Shown: one piece after another, positions 40,310 through 50,287 of the stretch
Position numbering within the stretch: position 1 is the stretch's first letter
How the letters are laid out: every line of letters begins with the position of its first letter
Assembly: GCA_903825645.1 (NCBI GenBank)
Contig: CAIKBL010000042.1
Span: 117,289 to 181,288 of the forward strand
DNA from: an uncultured Pseudomonadota bacterium
GTDB lineage: Bacteria > Pseudomonadota > Gammaproteobacteria > Ga0077536
Direction of reading: 5' to 3'
Length of the DNA: 64,000 bases
Notes under the pieces: generated by a model
What the model saw: the letters and a program-made list of their open reading frames with translations, nothing else
Told to the model about the DNA's origin: nothing
Database searches by the model: none
Position numbers and translations under genes: made by a program

Positions 40310-41563
40310 ATGACGACTGATGAGAAACTGAATGATCCCGCGTTCTTCGCGACCAACGAACACTATGCACTGTTCGATCACCTGCGCCAGCATGATCCGG
40401 TCCGCTGGACGGAGAGTCCAGATGGTCGGGGCTACTGGTCAGTGTTTCGACACGCGGACATCAAACACATCTTGAATGAGCCCGCGTTGTTCAGCTCTGA
40501 GCGCGGCGGGGTCATGCCGGTAATCGATGACGCCATGGGCGCAATCGCCCTAGAGGCGATGGGTGTCGGCGAAAATGTCCTGACCATCGACCCGCCTCGC
40601 CACGGCGAGATCCGGAAGGTCATGGCAGCGCCCTTCCTCCCGAAAGCCCTCGCGGACGGGGAAGCCCGCACTAAAACACTCATTGGTGAAATTTTCGATC
40701 AGTTACCCGCACATGGCGAGATCGATCTCGTCAGCGAGCTCGCCGTGCAGATCCCGATGGCCGTGATTTGTGACATTCTTAAATTGCCACGTGAAGACTG
40801 GGCCGCCCTCCTTGGCTGGGGCAAGATGGCTATTGGTGGCACCGATCCGGAATATCAGCAGGGCTCTGCCGCCGAGACGGTGAGCGGTGGCTTTCGCCAG
40901 CTTTATGAGTATAGCCTGCAGCGCTCTAGCGAACGCCGCGGTTGTCCCTTCTCCGATCCCCTGACGGCACTGGTCAACGCGACCGTCAACGCGCAACCGC
41001 TCACACCCTCGCAGATAGCCCACAACGGGGTGCAACTGATGTTGGCCGGTTTTGAAACCACCCGGAATGCTTTCTCCGGGGGCGTACTCGCGTTACTTCA
41101 ACATCCGGACCAGATGGCCCTGCTGCGAGCAGATCCCAAAGGTCTGCGTCTGGCCGTGGAAGAAATCGTGCGCTGGTCCGATCCCGTCATTTCATTGATG
41201 CGCATCGCCACCGCGGACACGGTCATCGGCCAGCAATCGGTGCGGGCGGGCGATCGCGTCCTGCTGTGGTTTCCCTCTGCCAACCGTGATGCCGACGTGT
41301 TTGAAAAGCCTTATACCTTTGATGTCACGCGTCACCCCAACCTGCATCTCGGCTTCGGGGCAGGTCCACACTTCTGTCTCGGTGGATCACTCGCTAAAAT
41401 CGAAATCCGGCTGGCGATGGAAGCGCTGATGGAGCGCTACGATGGGATCGAAATCATCGGCGAGGTATCGCGTGTGCAATCAAGCTTTGTCGGTGGCCTC
41501 AAACATCTGCCCGTCAAACTGATCCCGCACGCCGGCGGGCGGCGAAAAGCGATCGCCAGCTGA
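40310..41563 (+). CDS. cytochrome P450 monooxygenase (paralogue B)
   Basis: 417 aa from MTTDEKLNDPAFFAT. FGAGPHFCLGGSLAKIE heme loop. Strongly colinear with the 5106..6338 P450. Confidence 0.9.
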   Translation: MTTDEKLNDPAFFATNEHYALFDHLRQHDPVRWTESPDGRGYWSVFRHADIKHILNEPALFSSERGGVMPVIDDAMGAIALEAMGVGENVLTIDPPRHGEIRKVMAAPFLPKALADGEARTKTLIGEIFDQLPAHGEIDLVSELAVQIPMAVICDILKLPREDWAALLGWGKMAIGGTDPEYQQGSAAETVSGGFRQLYEYSLQRSSERRGCPFSDPLTALVNATVNAQPLTPSQIAHNGVQLMLAGFETTRNAFSGGVLALLQHPDQMALLRADPKGLRLAVEEIVRWSDPVISLMRIATADTVIGQQSVRAGDRVLLWFPSANRDADVFEKPYTFDVTRHPNLHLGFGAGPHFCLGGSLAKIEIRLAMEALMERYDGIEIIGEVSRVQSSFVGGLKHLPVKLIPHAGGRRKAIAS

Positions 41564-41860
41564 TCAGCCCGCTCATCCATTAAGCTGAGCTTTACAATAC
41601 CCCACCGGGAATGGCTAGCGGGGCTGCGGGGATCTCGTCAGGGGCCTTGGACTCGTGCATTCATTTTGGCGTGCACTGGCCCGTTCAGACACGTGCAGAT
41701 GGAAAGCCCGCGTTGAATCCCGTGAGAGTTAAATACGAGTCGGTACACGTTAAAATCTGTCTTGGTCTTGACAGCGTCGTGCCGAGAGGTTCACTTCCGG
41801 ACGTTCGCCTGGCGGATCCCCTTTCAAGTGTTTGAGAAACATCAGCGTGGAAACTAAATT

Positions 41861-42388
41861 ATGACCAACGGCCTGCCAGGATTTTCCCATATCGATCATG
41901 TCGGACTCACCGTGCCCGACCTTGATGCCGCCGCGCGTTTCTACTGCGAGATTATCGGTGGACACGAGCTCTATCGCATGGGCCCCTTCGATGCTGCGGA
42001 AATGCCGCGGATGGCAGATGGGCGTGACTGGGCCGAAGCCCATGTCAACGTCGCGGATGCCCGACTGACCATCGTCATGCTACAGATCGGGCCCCACTTG
42101 ATGCTCGAACTCTTCCATTACGAACGACCCGAAAACGCGCGCACAACACCGCCGCGCAATTGTGATTGGGGTGGACATCACATCGCGTTCAAGGTCACCG
42201 ATCTCGAGATTGCCAAGACCTATCTCGCCGCAAACGGCTGCAGGGTCATGGCCGGCCCTATCGTGCTCGAACAGGGACCTTGCGCACCCATGCGCGTCAA
42301 TTACGTGCTCGATCCTTGGGGCAACCAGCTCGAGTTGGTGGAATATCTCACGCAGCGGCTCGACCCTACGGCGCCCGCCAAGAGCTAA
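41861..42388 (+). CDS. VOC-family (glyoxalase/dioxygenase fold) protein
   Basis: 175 aa. Paired beta-alpha-beta-beta-beta modules (HIDHVGLTV ... HHIAFKV). Confidence 0.7.
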   Translation: MTNGLPGFSHIDHVGLTVPDLDAAARFYCEIIGGHELYRMGPFDAAEMPRMADGRDWAEAHVNVADARLTIVMLQIGPHLMLELFHYERPENARTTPPRNCDWGGHHIAFKVTDLEIAKTYLAANGCRVMAGPIVLEQGPCAPMRVNYVLDPWGNQLELVEYLTQRLDPTAPAKS

Positions 42389-42550
42389 CGGCGCTGCATT
42401 CACGCCGTGCGGAGCTTAGCGTGACATGCGCACTTGCGGCGGCGCACGGAACGTCTGGCACGCGGGATCACGCGTCGTCCAAGATCTCAACCTTCATTCA
42501 GGACGGGCCAGACCGCTTCCACACGCGCGCGGCCGCGGCGCGCGACGAAG

Positions 42551-43246
42551 TTAACCATCCCACTGGTCCCAGTAGGTCACGGTCTCCAGCGGGAGGCGAA
42601 CGGCCGGTTTGAGATCACCACCGGTCAACCAGGCCACTGGCAGCAACGCGGCTTGCGTAAAATCAGCCGGGATCCCGAGCATCTCGCTGATTTCACGTTC
42701 GTAGAGCAGGTGCAACGTTGTCCAGGCGGACGCAATTCTCCGTGCCCGCAGCGCGAGCATGAGGGACCAGGTCGCGGGCAGGATAGAGCCCCACATTGAA
42801 GCCTGGGTAAACACATCGTCCTGCTCGAAACGACCCTCGATACACGGAATAATCATAACCGGCACGCGCTGGAGGTTTTCCATCAGGAAACCACCCGACT
42901 TCATCATCGCCTCGCGCTGCTGCTGACGCAGATCGCTCGAGGCATATTCGCGCATCATCGTCACGCCAGTGCGTGAAAGGCCGGTCTTACCGCCGACATA
43001 CGCCTCGGCGGCGAGACGATAATAATCCGCGATTTTCGCCCGTTTTACGGGATCAGTGATCACCATGAACCGCCAAGTCTGGGTATTCGCACCGGTAGGC
43101 GCCTGGAGCGCGATATCAAGCGCTTCGCGGATGAGCGTGGCAGGGACCGGCCGATCGAGATCGAGTCGACGGCGCACACTGCGGGTGGTTTTCAGAACGT
43201 GATCGACGCTGGCCAGGTCGAACGTGGCGGGCGGTGGCGTTGTCAT
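42551..43246 (-). CDS. nitroreductase-family protein
   Basis: About 231 aa from MTTPPP. Conserved QAPTGANTQTWRF segment. Confidence 0.75.
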   Translation of the reverse strand: MTTPPPATFDLASVDHVLKTTRSVRRRLDLDRPVPATLIREALDIALQAPTGANTQTWRFMVITDPVKRAKIADYYRLAAEAYVGGKTGLSRTGVTMMREYASSDLRQQQREAMMKSGGFLMENLQRVPVMIIPCIEGRFEQDDVFTQASMWGSILPATWSLMLALRARRIASAWTTLHLLYEREISEMLGIPADFTQAALLPVAWLTGGDLKPAVRLPLETVTYWDQWDG

Positions 43247-43295
43247 AGGGTAATCGTCCTTGCGTAGAGAGCGGGGCGCGCGATGACAGGCGCTG

Positions 43296-43784
43296 TCAGG
43301 TTTCCCAGGTGGGTGCATTGGTGTGCTCCCACAGCTGAATCATGTTGCCTTCGGTGTCGTAGAAGAGGAACGAGCGACCAATGCTCGCGCACGGCCACAC
43401 GTACTCGGTCTGCGTCTGGTATCCGGCTTCCCGGACCTTCGTAAACCAACCATCGATATCTTTCACCACCAAGCCCAGTTCGTGGAAGCCGGTGTGGCCA
43501 TAGCGCAGATTCTCGGGCGGCGTTTTCTGGATGTTTGGCATTTCGCATTGCTGTAGCTCAATGAGCGCGCCTTCATCAGACGCCAGCAACACCATCTTGG
43601 AGCGGGCGCCCTTCACCTTGAAGATGTCATCAAGCAGTTCGGGGTACATGAACACCTTGGGCCCGGGCGCAGGACCGTCCGGGATCACGTTGTCCACCAC
43701 CACCTTGAACCCGAGGACATCCCGCCACAACCGGACGGCTTCGGTCATGTCGCTAACAAAAATCGCCATGTGATGAAAATTCAT
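43296..43784 (-). CDS. VOC-family protein
   Basis: 162 aa with glyoxalase-fold pattern (HHMAIFVSD ... GFHELGLVV). Confidence 0.7.
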   Translation of the reverse strand: MNFHHMAIFVSDMTEAVRLWRDVLGFKVVVDNVIPDGPAPGPKVFMYPELLDDIFKVKGARSKMVLLASDEGALIELQQCEMPNIQKTPPENLRYGHTGFHELGLVVKDIDGWFTKVREAGYQTQTEYVWPCASIGRSFLFYDTEGNMIQLWEHTNAPTWET

Positions 43785-43818
43785 GTCAGATCCCCCGGGT
43801 TTACGCGACTAAAACGAC

Positions 43819-44733
43819 TCAGGCGAGGCCAAGGTGCGGTTTCACCCACGCCGCGAGTTTCGCAATCGCGTCATCAGCTTCAGGTGCCCGACCTGCCATG
43901 AACTGGAAGACGTGCTGCATTTCAGGGTAGACATCACAGTGGCAGTCCACGCCGGCCGCTTTGGCGCGTTCGGTAAAGCGCAGCGAATCATCCAGCAGTG
44001 CCTCATACCCGCCGACCTGAATGTAAATGGGGGGCAGGCCTTTGCAGTCCGCGTACAGGGGATTGACGAGCGGATCTTTGGGCGACGTCTTGCCGATGTA
44101 CATCTGGACCATGCTGCCGGAGACCGCCGGCGTGACCAGTCGATCGACCTTAGCGTTGGTCGTCATGCTGGCCCCGAGCCCTTCCATGTCGTACCACGGG
44201 GACATCGGCATCAGGGCGGCCGGGAGCGGCAGTTTTTTGTCGCGGGCAGCCAGGACTACCGCCGTGCACAGATTGCCGCCGGCGGAATCGCCCACGGTCG
44301 CAATGTGTGCGGGCTTGATACCCTGTCCGAGCAGCCATTCGTAGGCCTTGAGACAATCACTCACCTGGGTCGGATGTTGTTGCTCCGGCGCGCGGCCGTA
44401 GTCGACGATCAGCGCCCGGCAACCCACCTGCTTAGCAATGTGGGCAAACAGCTTGCGATGGGTAAAACGATCGCCGGTGACACAGCCACCGCCGTGCGCG
44501 GACAGCAGCACGCGATCTTCGCGACACCCTTTGGGCACCGCCCACAGACACGGGATCCCGTCGGCGTCCGCTTCCAGGTAATCCACCCCACCCGGCTCGG
44601 CCGCCAGATCTCCACACTGGCCGAACAGATCGCGCAGAGTGTCGAGCGACATCCCCGGGTCTGCCGTCATGGCGGTAATAAAACTGTCGAACAGGCGATC
44701 AATCGCGGCGGCTTGTGGACTGGCCATGGTCAT
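43819..44733 (-). CDS. alpha/beta hydrolase, HSL-type esterase/lipase
   Basis: HGGG oxyanion motif (SAHGGGC) and GDSAGG nucleophile elbow. Confidence 0.85.
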   Translation of the reverse strand: MTMASPQAAAIDRLFDSFITAMTADPGMSLDTLRDLFGQCGDLAAEPGGVDYLEADADGIPCLWAVPKGCREDRVLLSAHGGGCVTGDRFTHRKLFAHIAKQVGCRALIVDYGRAPEQQHPTQVSDCLKAYEWLLGQGIKPAHIATVGDSAGGNLCTAVVLAARDKKLPLPAALMPMSPWYDMEGLGASMTTNAKVDRLVTPAVSGSMVQMYIGKTSPKDPLVNPLYADCKGLPPIYIQVGGYEALLDDSLRFTERAKAAGVDCHCDVYPEMQHVFQFMAGRAPEADDAIAKLAAWVKPHLGLA

Positions 44734-44869
44734 CTCCCCTCAAATGGTTGGAATAGTCAATTCAGTGGCCGGACTATACGGGGTGTGCACTGCGATGGAG
44801 AAGCACCCGACGCCCTATTTTCGATGCTCGACACTCAACTTTGGCCCGGCACTGCCGCTCCCTTGCAGC

Positions 44870-46135
44870 ATGAAACTCCTGCTCATCGATACCTCCCGCA
44901 CCTTCATGGCCGCCACCCGGCGGGCCTTGGCGGCCGGTATGCCTACACTCGAGATCACCGAATACGACGCTGAGCAGCAGGGTCCGCCGGGCGCTGATTT
45001 CCGCTGGCACGTCTATGGGGCCGCGCTCTTGAGCCATGAACTGGGCGCCGGTCAGACTGGGCTGCAATGGCTGCAGCGCTACCGCGGGGTAGCCGGGTTT
45101 CCGCCCGTGATCTTGTATGCCGCAAGCGGAGATGAATATTTGGCGGTGGCCGCCGTCAAGGCCGGCGCCGAAGATTATCTGCGGCGAGCGGATGTCCCGA
45201 GTGCGCGAACCCTCGAACGCCTGCGGGCCCTAGAAACGCGCCCCAGCGCTGGCGAGCCCTCCCTGCGGCTCGATCATTTCGCGCGCGAAGTGCTCGACTT
45301 CCCGATCGCCCCGGAGGGCCCGGCGATCGAAGCGTCGCCGCATCGTTTCGTGCGACTCATCGGCCAGGGGGGATTCGCCAGTGTCTACCTCGCAGAGCGG
45401 ACGCACGACCGCACCCCGATCGTGCTCAAGATCATCAACACCCAGGAAATACAGGAGCCGGCAGTTGTTCAGCGCTTTATGCGCGAAGCGACTATCGTGG
45501 CCGGCATTGACCATCCTCAAGTGGTCAAAATCTACGAGCAGGGATTCACGCCGGAGTACGGCTTCATCGCCATGGAGTTTTTCCAGCGCGGCGATTTGAA
45601 ACAACGGATGGAGCGCGGCCTGCCCACCGCGCTCGCGGTGGCCTACATGCGTTCGATTGCACTCGGCCTGCGCGCGATCCACGCTCAGCAGATTGTGCAT
45701 CGCGATCTCAAACCCGGGAACATCATGTTCCGCGCGGATGATAGTCTCGCCTTGGCCGATTTCGGTATCTCGAAGCGCCTGGATGATCCCTTGGATCTCA
45801 CCACCCGCTCCGGTCTCATCGGGACGCCGAGTTATTTGAGCCCGGAGCAGGCGCTTGGCGCGCCGACCGATCAGCGCAGCGATCTCTATAGCGCCGGAGT
45901 GATTTTCTACGAGTTACTGACGGGACAAAAACCCTTCCGGGCGGAATCCGCTGCGGCCCTCGTCTATCAGCACGTCCATGCCACACCGCCACGCCTGCCG
46001 GCCACGCTCGCGCCGATTCAGCCGGTGCTGGATCTGCTGCTGGCCAAAGATCCCGCCGATCGCTTCCACTCAGCGGACGAACTGCTCAGCGGTCTCGACG
46101 ACTGGCTGACGCCCGCTTTCCGCCGCGCCGCCTAA
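44870..46135 (+). CDS. Hanks-type Ser/Thr protein kinase with N-terminal degenerate receiver-like domain
   Basis: 421 aa. N-terminal 120 aa resemble a CheY-like receiver, but the phospho-acceptor position is ...ALLSHEL (no Asp). Kinase core HRDLKPGNIM, DFG (ADFGIS), APE-like SPE. Confidence 0.75.
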   Translation: MKLLLIDTSRTFMAATRRALAAGMPTLEITEYDAEQQGPPGADFRWHVYGAALLSHELGAGQTGLQWLQRYRGVAGFPPVILYAASGDEYLAVAAVKAGAEDYLRRADVPSARTLERLRALETRPSAGEPSLRLDHFAREVLDFPIAPEGPAIEASPHRFVRLIGQGGFASVYLAERTHDRTPIVLKIINTQEIQEPAVVQRFMREATIVAGIDHPQVVKIYEQGFTPEYGFIAMEFFQRGDLKQRMERGLPTALAVAYMRSIALGLRAIHAQQIVHRDLKPGNIMFRADDSLALADFGISKRLDDPLDLTTRSGLIGTPSYLSPEQALGAPTDQRSDLYSAGVIFYELLTGQKPFRAESAAALVYQHVHATPPRLPATLAPIQPVLDLLLAKDPADRFHSADELLSGLDDWLTPAFRRAA

Positions 46136-46142
46136 CGCGCGC

Positions 46143-47189
46143 TCAGTAGCCGAGATCGCGCGCCGCGCGTGCCAGCACAACGGGCACCGACCAGGCGGTC
46201 CGCGCGAGGCGGATATCCTGGCTGCGACCGCTGGCATAAAGGCCCGAAGCACTCATCCAGAACGCCACCGAGCGCATCGCATAGAGCGCGTTGTAGTAGC
46301 GGCAGGCCGCTTCATCAATGGCAAAACCGGTCGCGGCTTCGTAATCCTTGAAAAAGGCGTCACGGGCGACCAGATTCGAGAGCAAGGGCGTGCCTTCGCG
46401 GTTCAAGTCACTGAGGACGTAAGCCACGTCATACATCGGATCGCCAATGACCTGCAGCTCCCAGTCAAGCACCGCGGAGACGCGATCTTCATGGATAAGG
46501 AGGTTGCCGGTGCGGTAGGCCCCATGCACCAGGGTGAGACGGTCGGTCGCCGGGATATGGGTCTCCAACCAGCCGATGAGATCGGTGAGGATAGGCTCCG
46601 GCGGGGCCTCTGAAAGCGCGATAAGTGCGCGCCACTTGGCGATCTCCCGCCGCGTAAAATCTTCTCCGTTGGCCGGCACGCCCAGAAAATCGAGCCCCGC
46701 CGCGCGCCAGTCAAGGGTATGCAATGTCGCCAAGGTCCCGGTAAAACTGGTCGGCAAGATCGCACGATCCGCAGCCGCCTGATAAAACGCCCGACCCTCA
46801 CGCCCCCAGGGACTTGGGCAGGTTCCCGGGACCTTCTCCATCACCAGGAAAGGCGCGTCCAGAATCGCCGGATCCGCTTCGAACCAATACGCCTTAGGGG
46901 TTGGCAGCGCGGTACTTTCTAGACATTTGAGCACACGGAACTGCTCTTCCAGCGAGGACAGATGGCGCAGCAACGCGTTACCCGGATCGCGCCGCAGACA
47001 GAGTCCGCGCGTGCATGCGGTCCCGGCTTCGCGATACGTGAGATCGAACAACCAGGTTTCGTGCGACCAACCGACGGCAATCCGTTGGACGTCGTGTAGC
47101 GCCAGCGCGCTGGCCTGCGGCATCTGGCGTTTCAAGTAATCGAGAATGCGCGACTGCAGCACTTCGGTGCTATCGGTGGAGCGGCTCAC
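46143..47189 (-). CDS. phosphotransferase (APH/ChoK-like kinase fold) family protein
   Basis: 348 aa. Brenner-type loop LVHGAYRTGNLLI and LDWELQ (DFG-equivalent). GTG start overlapping the upstream stop (GTGA). Confidence 0.75.
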   Translation of the reverse strand: MSRSTDSTEVLQSRILDYLKRQMPQASALALHDVQRIAVGWSHETWLFDLTYREAGTACTRGLCLRRDPGNALLRHLSSLEEQFRVLKCLESTALPTPKAYWFEADPAILDAPFLVMEKVPGTCPSPWGREGRAFYQAAADRAILPTSFTGTLATLHTLDWRAAGLDFLGVPANGEDFTRREIAKWRALIALSEAPPEPILTDLIGWLETHIPATDRLTLVHGAYRTGNLLIHEDRVSAVLDWELQVIGDPMYDVAYVLSDLNREGTPLLSNLVARDAFFKDYEAATGFAIDEAACRYYNALYAMRSVAFWMSASGLYASGRSQDIRLARTAWSVPVVLARAARDLGY

Positions 47190-47602
47190 GCGGCGTACTC
47201 CATGCGCCGGTCGAGGGACCCCCGAAGCGTTTGTCGCACCCGACCGAGCACCTGAGTGAAGCGGACTTCGCCGAGCGCCTCACGGCCCGCATACAGGGCA
47301 GCGATGAAGTGACTCAGGGCGGCCGCGTCGCGGCTTTGCGTCAGCCGTGCGCGTGCGGCATTGACGTCTGCGACCGGTGCACCCGTCGACAACAGCGGCT
47401 CGAGATCCTGCAAGAGCGCATCAAGCGCGACCGTCTCGGCCGCCGTATGGACATCGCTCAGCGCGAGTTGCTGACCGAGCTTCTGCAACACCACACCGGC
47501 CATGAACGCCTGCGTTTTCGGATATTCGGCCTCAATGGCCGGCCCGATCTCCTGACGGAGCGTGCTGGCGATACGTTGCAGGAGTTCACCTTCTGTCATC
47601 AC
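47186..47602 (-). CDS. small hypothetical protein (138 aa), translationally coupled between acyl-CoA synthetase and APH-family gene
   Basis: No recognisable motif. Alpha-helical, Ala/Leu-rich. Stop and start overlaps on both sides. Confidence 0.5.
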   Translation of the reverse strand: MMTEGELLQRIASTLRQEIGPAIEAEYPKTQAFMAGVVLQKLGQQLALSDVHTAAETVALDALLQDLEPLLSTGAPVADVNAARARLTQSRDAAALSHFIAALYAGREALGEVRFTQVLGRVRQTLRGSLDRRMEYAA

Positions 47603-49278
47603 AGCTGTCCTTTGTCGCGTTCGAGACGCATCGGTGCCAGTGTTTTGGCGACCTCGCGCAGTTTGAATTTCTGAATCTTGCCACTCGGCGTCCGCGGAAA
47701 CTCGGCGATCACCTCGAGTCGCTCCGGCCAGTAGGGTTTGATGAGCCCCGCGCTGTCGAGATAGGCGAGCATGCCCGCGAAATCGAGCGTGGTTCCGGGT
47801 TGCAGGGTCACAAAAGCGCAGCCCCGCTCGCCGAGCCTGTCGTCAGGCATGGCGACAATCGCCGCGTCCTGAATCGCCGGATGACGGTAAAGGAGCTCTT
47901 CGACCTCCACGATCGGAATATTTTCGCCGCCACGGATGATGAGATCTTTCGAGCGGCCCGTGATCCGGATATAGCCATCGGCGTCCATACGGGCGTTGTC
48001 GCCGGTCTCGAGCCAACCGTCGGCATCCACCCCGTACGCCTCAGGTCGTTTCAGATAGCCGACGAAGGTCGTCGCGCAGCGGGCCTGCAACCGTCCCTCG
48101 GTGTCCGGTGGGACGCACACCCCCGCCTCATCCACCACACGAACGGCCTGATGGGGCAAGGCGCGGCCATCGGTGTCAATCACCTTGTCGAGCGGATCCC
48201 CCGGATAAGTGGCCGTCGCGATCCCCATTTCGGTCATCCCCCAAGCGCTCATCACATAGAGATTCGGGTGGCGTTCACGCGCGGCCTGGACCAGCACCCG
48301 GGGAATGGGCGCCCCGGCGCAGAGGAATAGTCGCAGACGGGAGAGATCGTAGCCCGCTATCTCCGGTGCATGAACTAAATCACGCAAAAACGGCGTCGAG
48401 CCCAGCGTCAGCGTACAGCCTTCCGCGGTCATGAGCCGCGCGGCGATCGCGGGCTCCCAGATATCCTGCAGCACACACTTGACCCCGTGATACATCGCCA
48501 GCACGGCGGCGTACATGAAGCCCGTCTGATGGGCGAGCGGCGAGCCCATGAAGATCACATCCTCGGCGGTAAAGCCGAACAGCGTCGTCGCAAGTTTGGC
48601 CTTGCACAGCAGCGTGTTGGCCGTGTGCATGACGCCCTTGGGCTCCCCGGTGGTCCCCGAGGTATACATGATCTCAGTGACCTCATCGGGGGTCGGTCGG
48701 CGGGCCGCGAAAAGCGCCGGCACATCGGTTTCGGTTTCCCACGCGCGGTCCAAAACACGACTTTCGAAGGCGCTCGCCGGATCGACTCCCCCCACCACCA
48801 GGATTTCGCGGAGCGCCGGCAAGCGGCTTTGCAGCTCGGCCGCCATCGGCGGGTAGGCGAAACCCCGAAACTCACGGGGCACGATGAGTACCCGCGCCTC
48901 GGCGAGTCCCAGCATGAACTCGAGCTCGCGTGCCCTAAAAATCGGCATCAACGGATTGATGACCGCACCAAGCCGCACACAGGCCGCGTGCAGGGCGGCA
49001 TAGTGCCACCAGTTGGGCAACTGGACGGCGACGACATCTCCGCGTTCCACCCCTAATGCCGCAAGGGCGCAGGCAATGCGAATGGAATGCGCCTGCAACT
49101 CGCGGTAGGTGAGGACGTTGCGCGAACCGTCCATGCTGTTGTGGTCGACGATCGCGACGGCGTCGGGCGTCGACGCCGCCACCGCATCCAGACAATCGAT
49201 GATCAGACGGTCCTGCCATAGGCCCTGGGCGGTCAACTCGGTCCGCCGGGCGGGCGTAATCAGGGGATCAAAATTCAT
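47599..49278 (-). CDS. acyl-CoA synthetase (AMP-forming, FadD-like)
   Basis: 559 aa. AMP-binding motifs TSGTTGEPKGV and a C-terminal invariant Lys region. Confidence 0.9.
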   Translation of the reverse strand: MNFDPLITPARRTELTAQGLWQDRLIIDCLDAVAASTPDAVAIVDHNSMDGSRNVLTYRELQAHSIRIACALAALGVERGDVVAVQLPNWWHYAALHAACVRLGAVINPLMPIFRARELEFMLGLAEARVLIVPREFRGFAYPPMAAELQSRLPALREILVVGGVDPASAFESRVLDRAWETETDVPALFAARRPTPDEVTEIMYTSGTTGEPKGVMHTANTLLCKAKLATTLFGFTAEDVIFMGSPLAHQTGFMYAAVLAMYHGVKCVLQDIWEPAIAARLMTAEGCTLTLGSTPFLRDLVHAPEIAGYDLSRLRLFLCAGAPIPRVLVQAARERHPNLYVMSAWGMTEMGIATATYPGDPLDKVIDTDGRALPHQAVRVVDEAGVCVPPDTEGRLQARCATTFVGYLKRPEAYGVDADGWLETGDNARMDADGYIRITGRSKDLIIRGGENIPIVEVEELLYRHPAIQDAAIVAMPDDRLGERGCAFVTLQPGTTLDFAGMLAYLDSAGLIKPYWPERLEVIAEFPRTPSGKIQKFKLREVAKTLAPMRLERDKGQL

Positions 49279-49336
49279 AGACGCTCACGTTGTCAGCTGC
49301 GGGCATTGAAACGACCATCATTGGGGTCGCGCGCGG

Positions 49337-50287
49337 TCAAGCGGTGCCGGACCGCGCTTCGCGTTGTCGCCTTGCCCAGCGGTGGACCGGCCACATGTCC
49401 TGATCTTCCCCCCAAGCCACGACACCCCCGCCGAGATCCCAGCGGATGAGACTATTGATGTCGATGAAAGTATGGCGGTTCAGGATGATTCGACTGACTG
49501 GCACGCCGATCGCGTGAAGCCGGCGACCCTCGGCGTCTTGGGCCGTCAACGTGATCCGAGTGATCCAGCCCTCGGTCGGATCCCGCTCGACCACTCGCTC
49601 ACCGCCGACGAGCGATACCGTCAGACTGTCCTGTCGCAGGAAGCCGTAGGAAACGGCATCCTGCTCCGGTTTGCCCTGGGTCACGGCCAGAAAGCCCGTT
49701 GCCGCATCAGCAGCACCGGTGATATAAGCCGCCTGACGCGGGCGATCCTCCGGGCGCCGTCCCCAAGTCCGATCGCGCATACCGATGCAGTCGATGGCAA
49801 TGCGCTCGCCGTGCAGCACCAGCGTGCCGGTCACGCGACCGAATTGGTCAAAGTGATGGGCACTGCCGAAAGTCGACCCGACGGCGGTCAGCGGCTCCGG
49901 CGGCATGACCCCTTCGAAGGTAAGATTAGCCTGGAGGCGATCGCCATCCGCGTAGCCCAGGGCATAGCGGTGGCAAGGCTCCAGTACCCGAATGGACACC
50001 CCGTTGGGCAACGTGCAATCGGCAAGATCGAGCGCACGCGAGAGTTGCTGCGCCGAATAATTCGCGGAATAAAGCGCTTCCCACGGCAGATGGGCCTGGT
50101 GGTCCCAGATCCAGACACCGCCGGCGACGGTGCCGATATTGGGACGCACCATCGTATAGAACCAGCCTCCCAGTCGGCGCTCGGGATGGTGGAAAGAAAA
50201 CCATGACGTCTCCGTCGCCCACCAGTCCTCGCCCATTTCGGCGAAATGAAAGTGATCGTCCCGCGCGGTAAATAACTGCGCGCTCAT
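49337..50287 (-). CDS. hypothetical protein (316 aa), possibly lipocalin/CrtC-AttH-like
   Basis: Trp-rich (WWATETSWFSF, GGWFY). No confident family call. ATGA overlap with the SMP-30 gene. Confidence 0.45.
   Translation of the reverse strand: MSAQLFTARDDHFHFAEMGEDWWATETSWFSFHHPERRLGGWFYTMVRPNIGTVAGGVWIWDHQAHLPWEALYSANYSAQQLSRALDLADCTLPNGVSIRVLEPCHRYALGYADGDRLQANLTFEGVMPPEPLTAVGSTFGSAHHFDQFGRVTGTLVLHGERIAIDCIGMRDRTWGRRPEDRPRQAAYITGAADAATGFLAVTQGKPEQDAVSYGFLRQDSLTVSLVGGERVVERDPTEGWITRITLTAQDAEGRRLHAIGVPVSRIILNRHTFIDINSLIRWDLGGGVVAWGEDQDMWPVHRWARRQREARSGTA

Noticed and set aside
41564-41860. 297-bp intergenic region upstream of the VOC gene, with a TTGACA box and small ORF 41611..41835
   Set aside because: No convincing structured-RNA signature or coding signal. 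Likely an ordinary promoter region.
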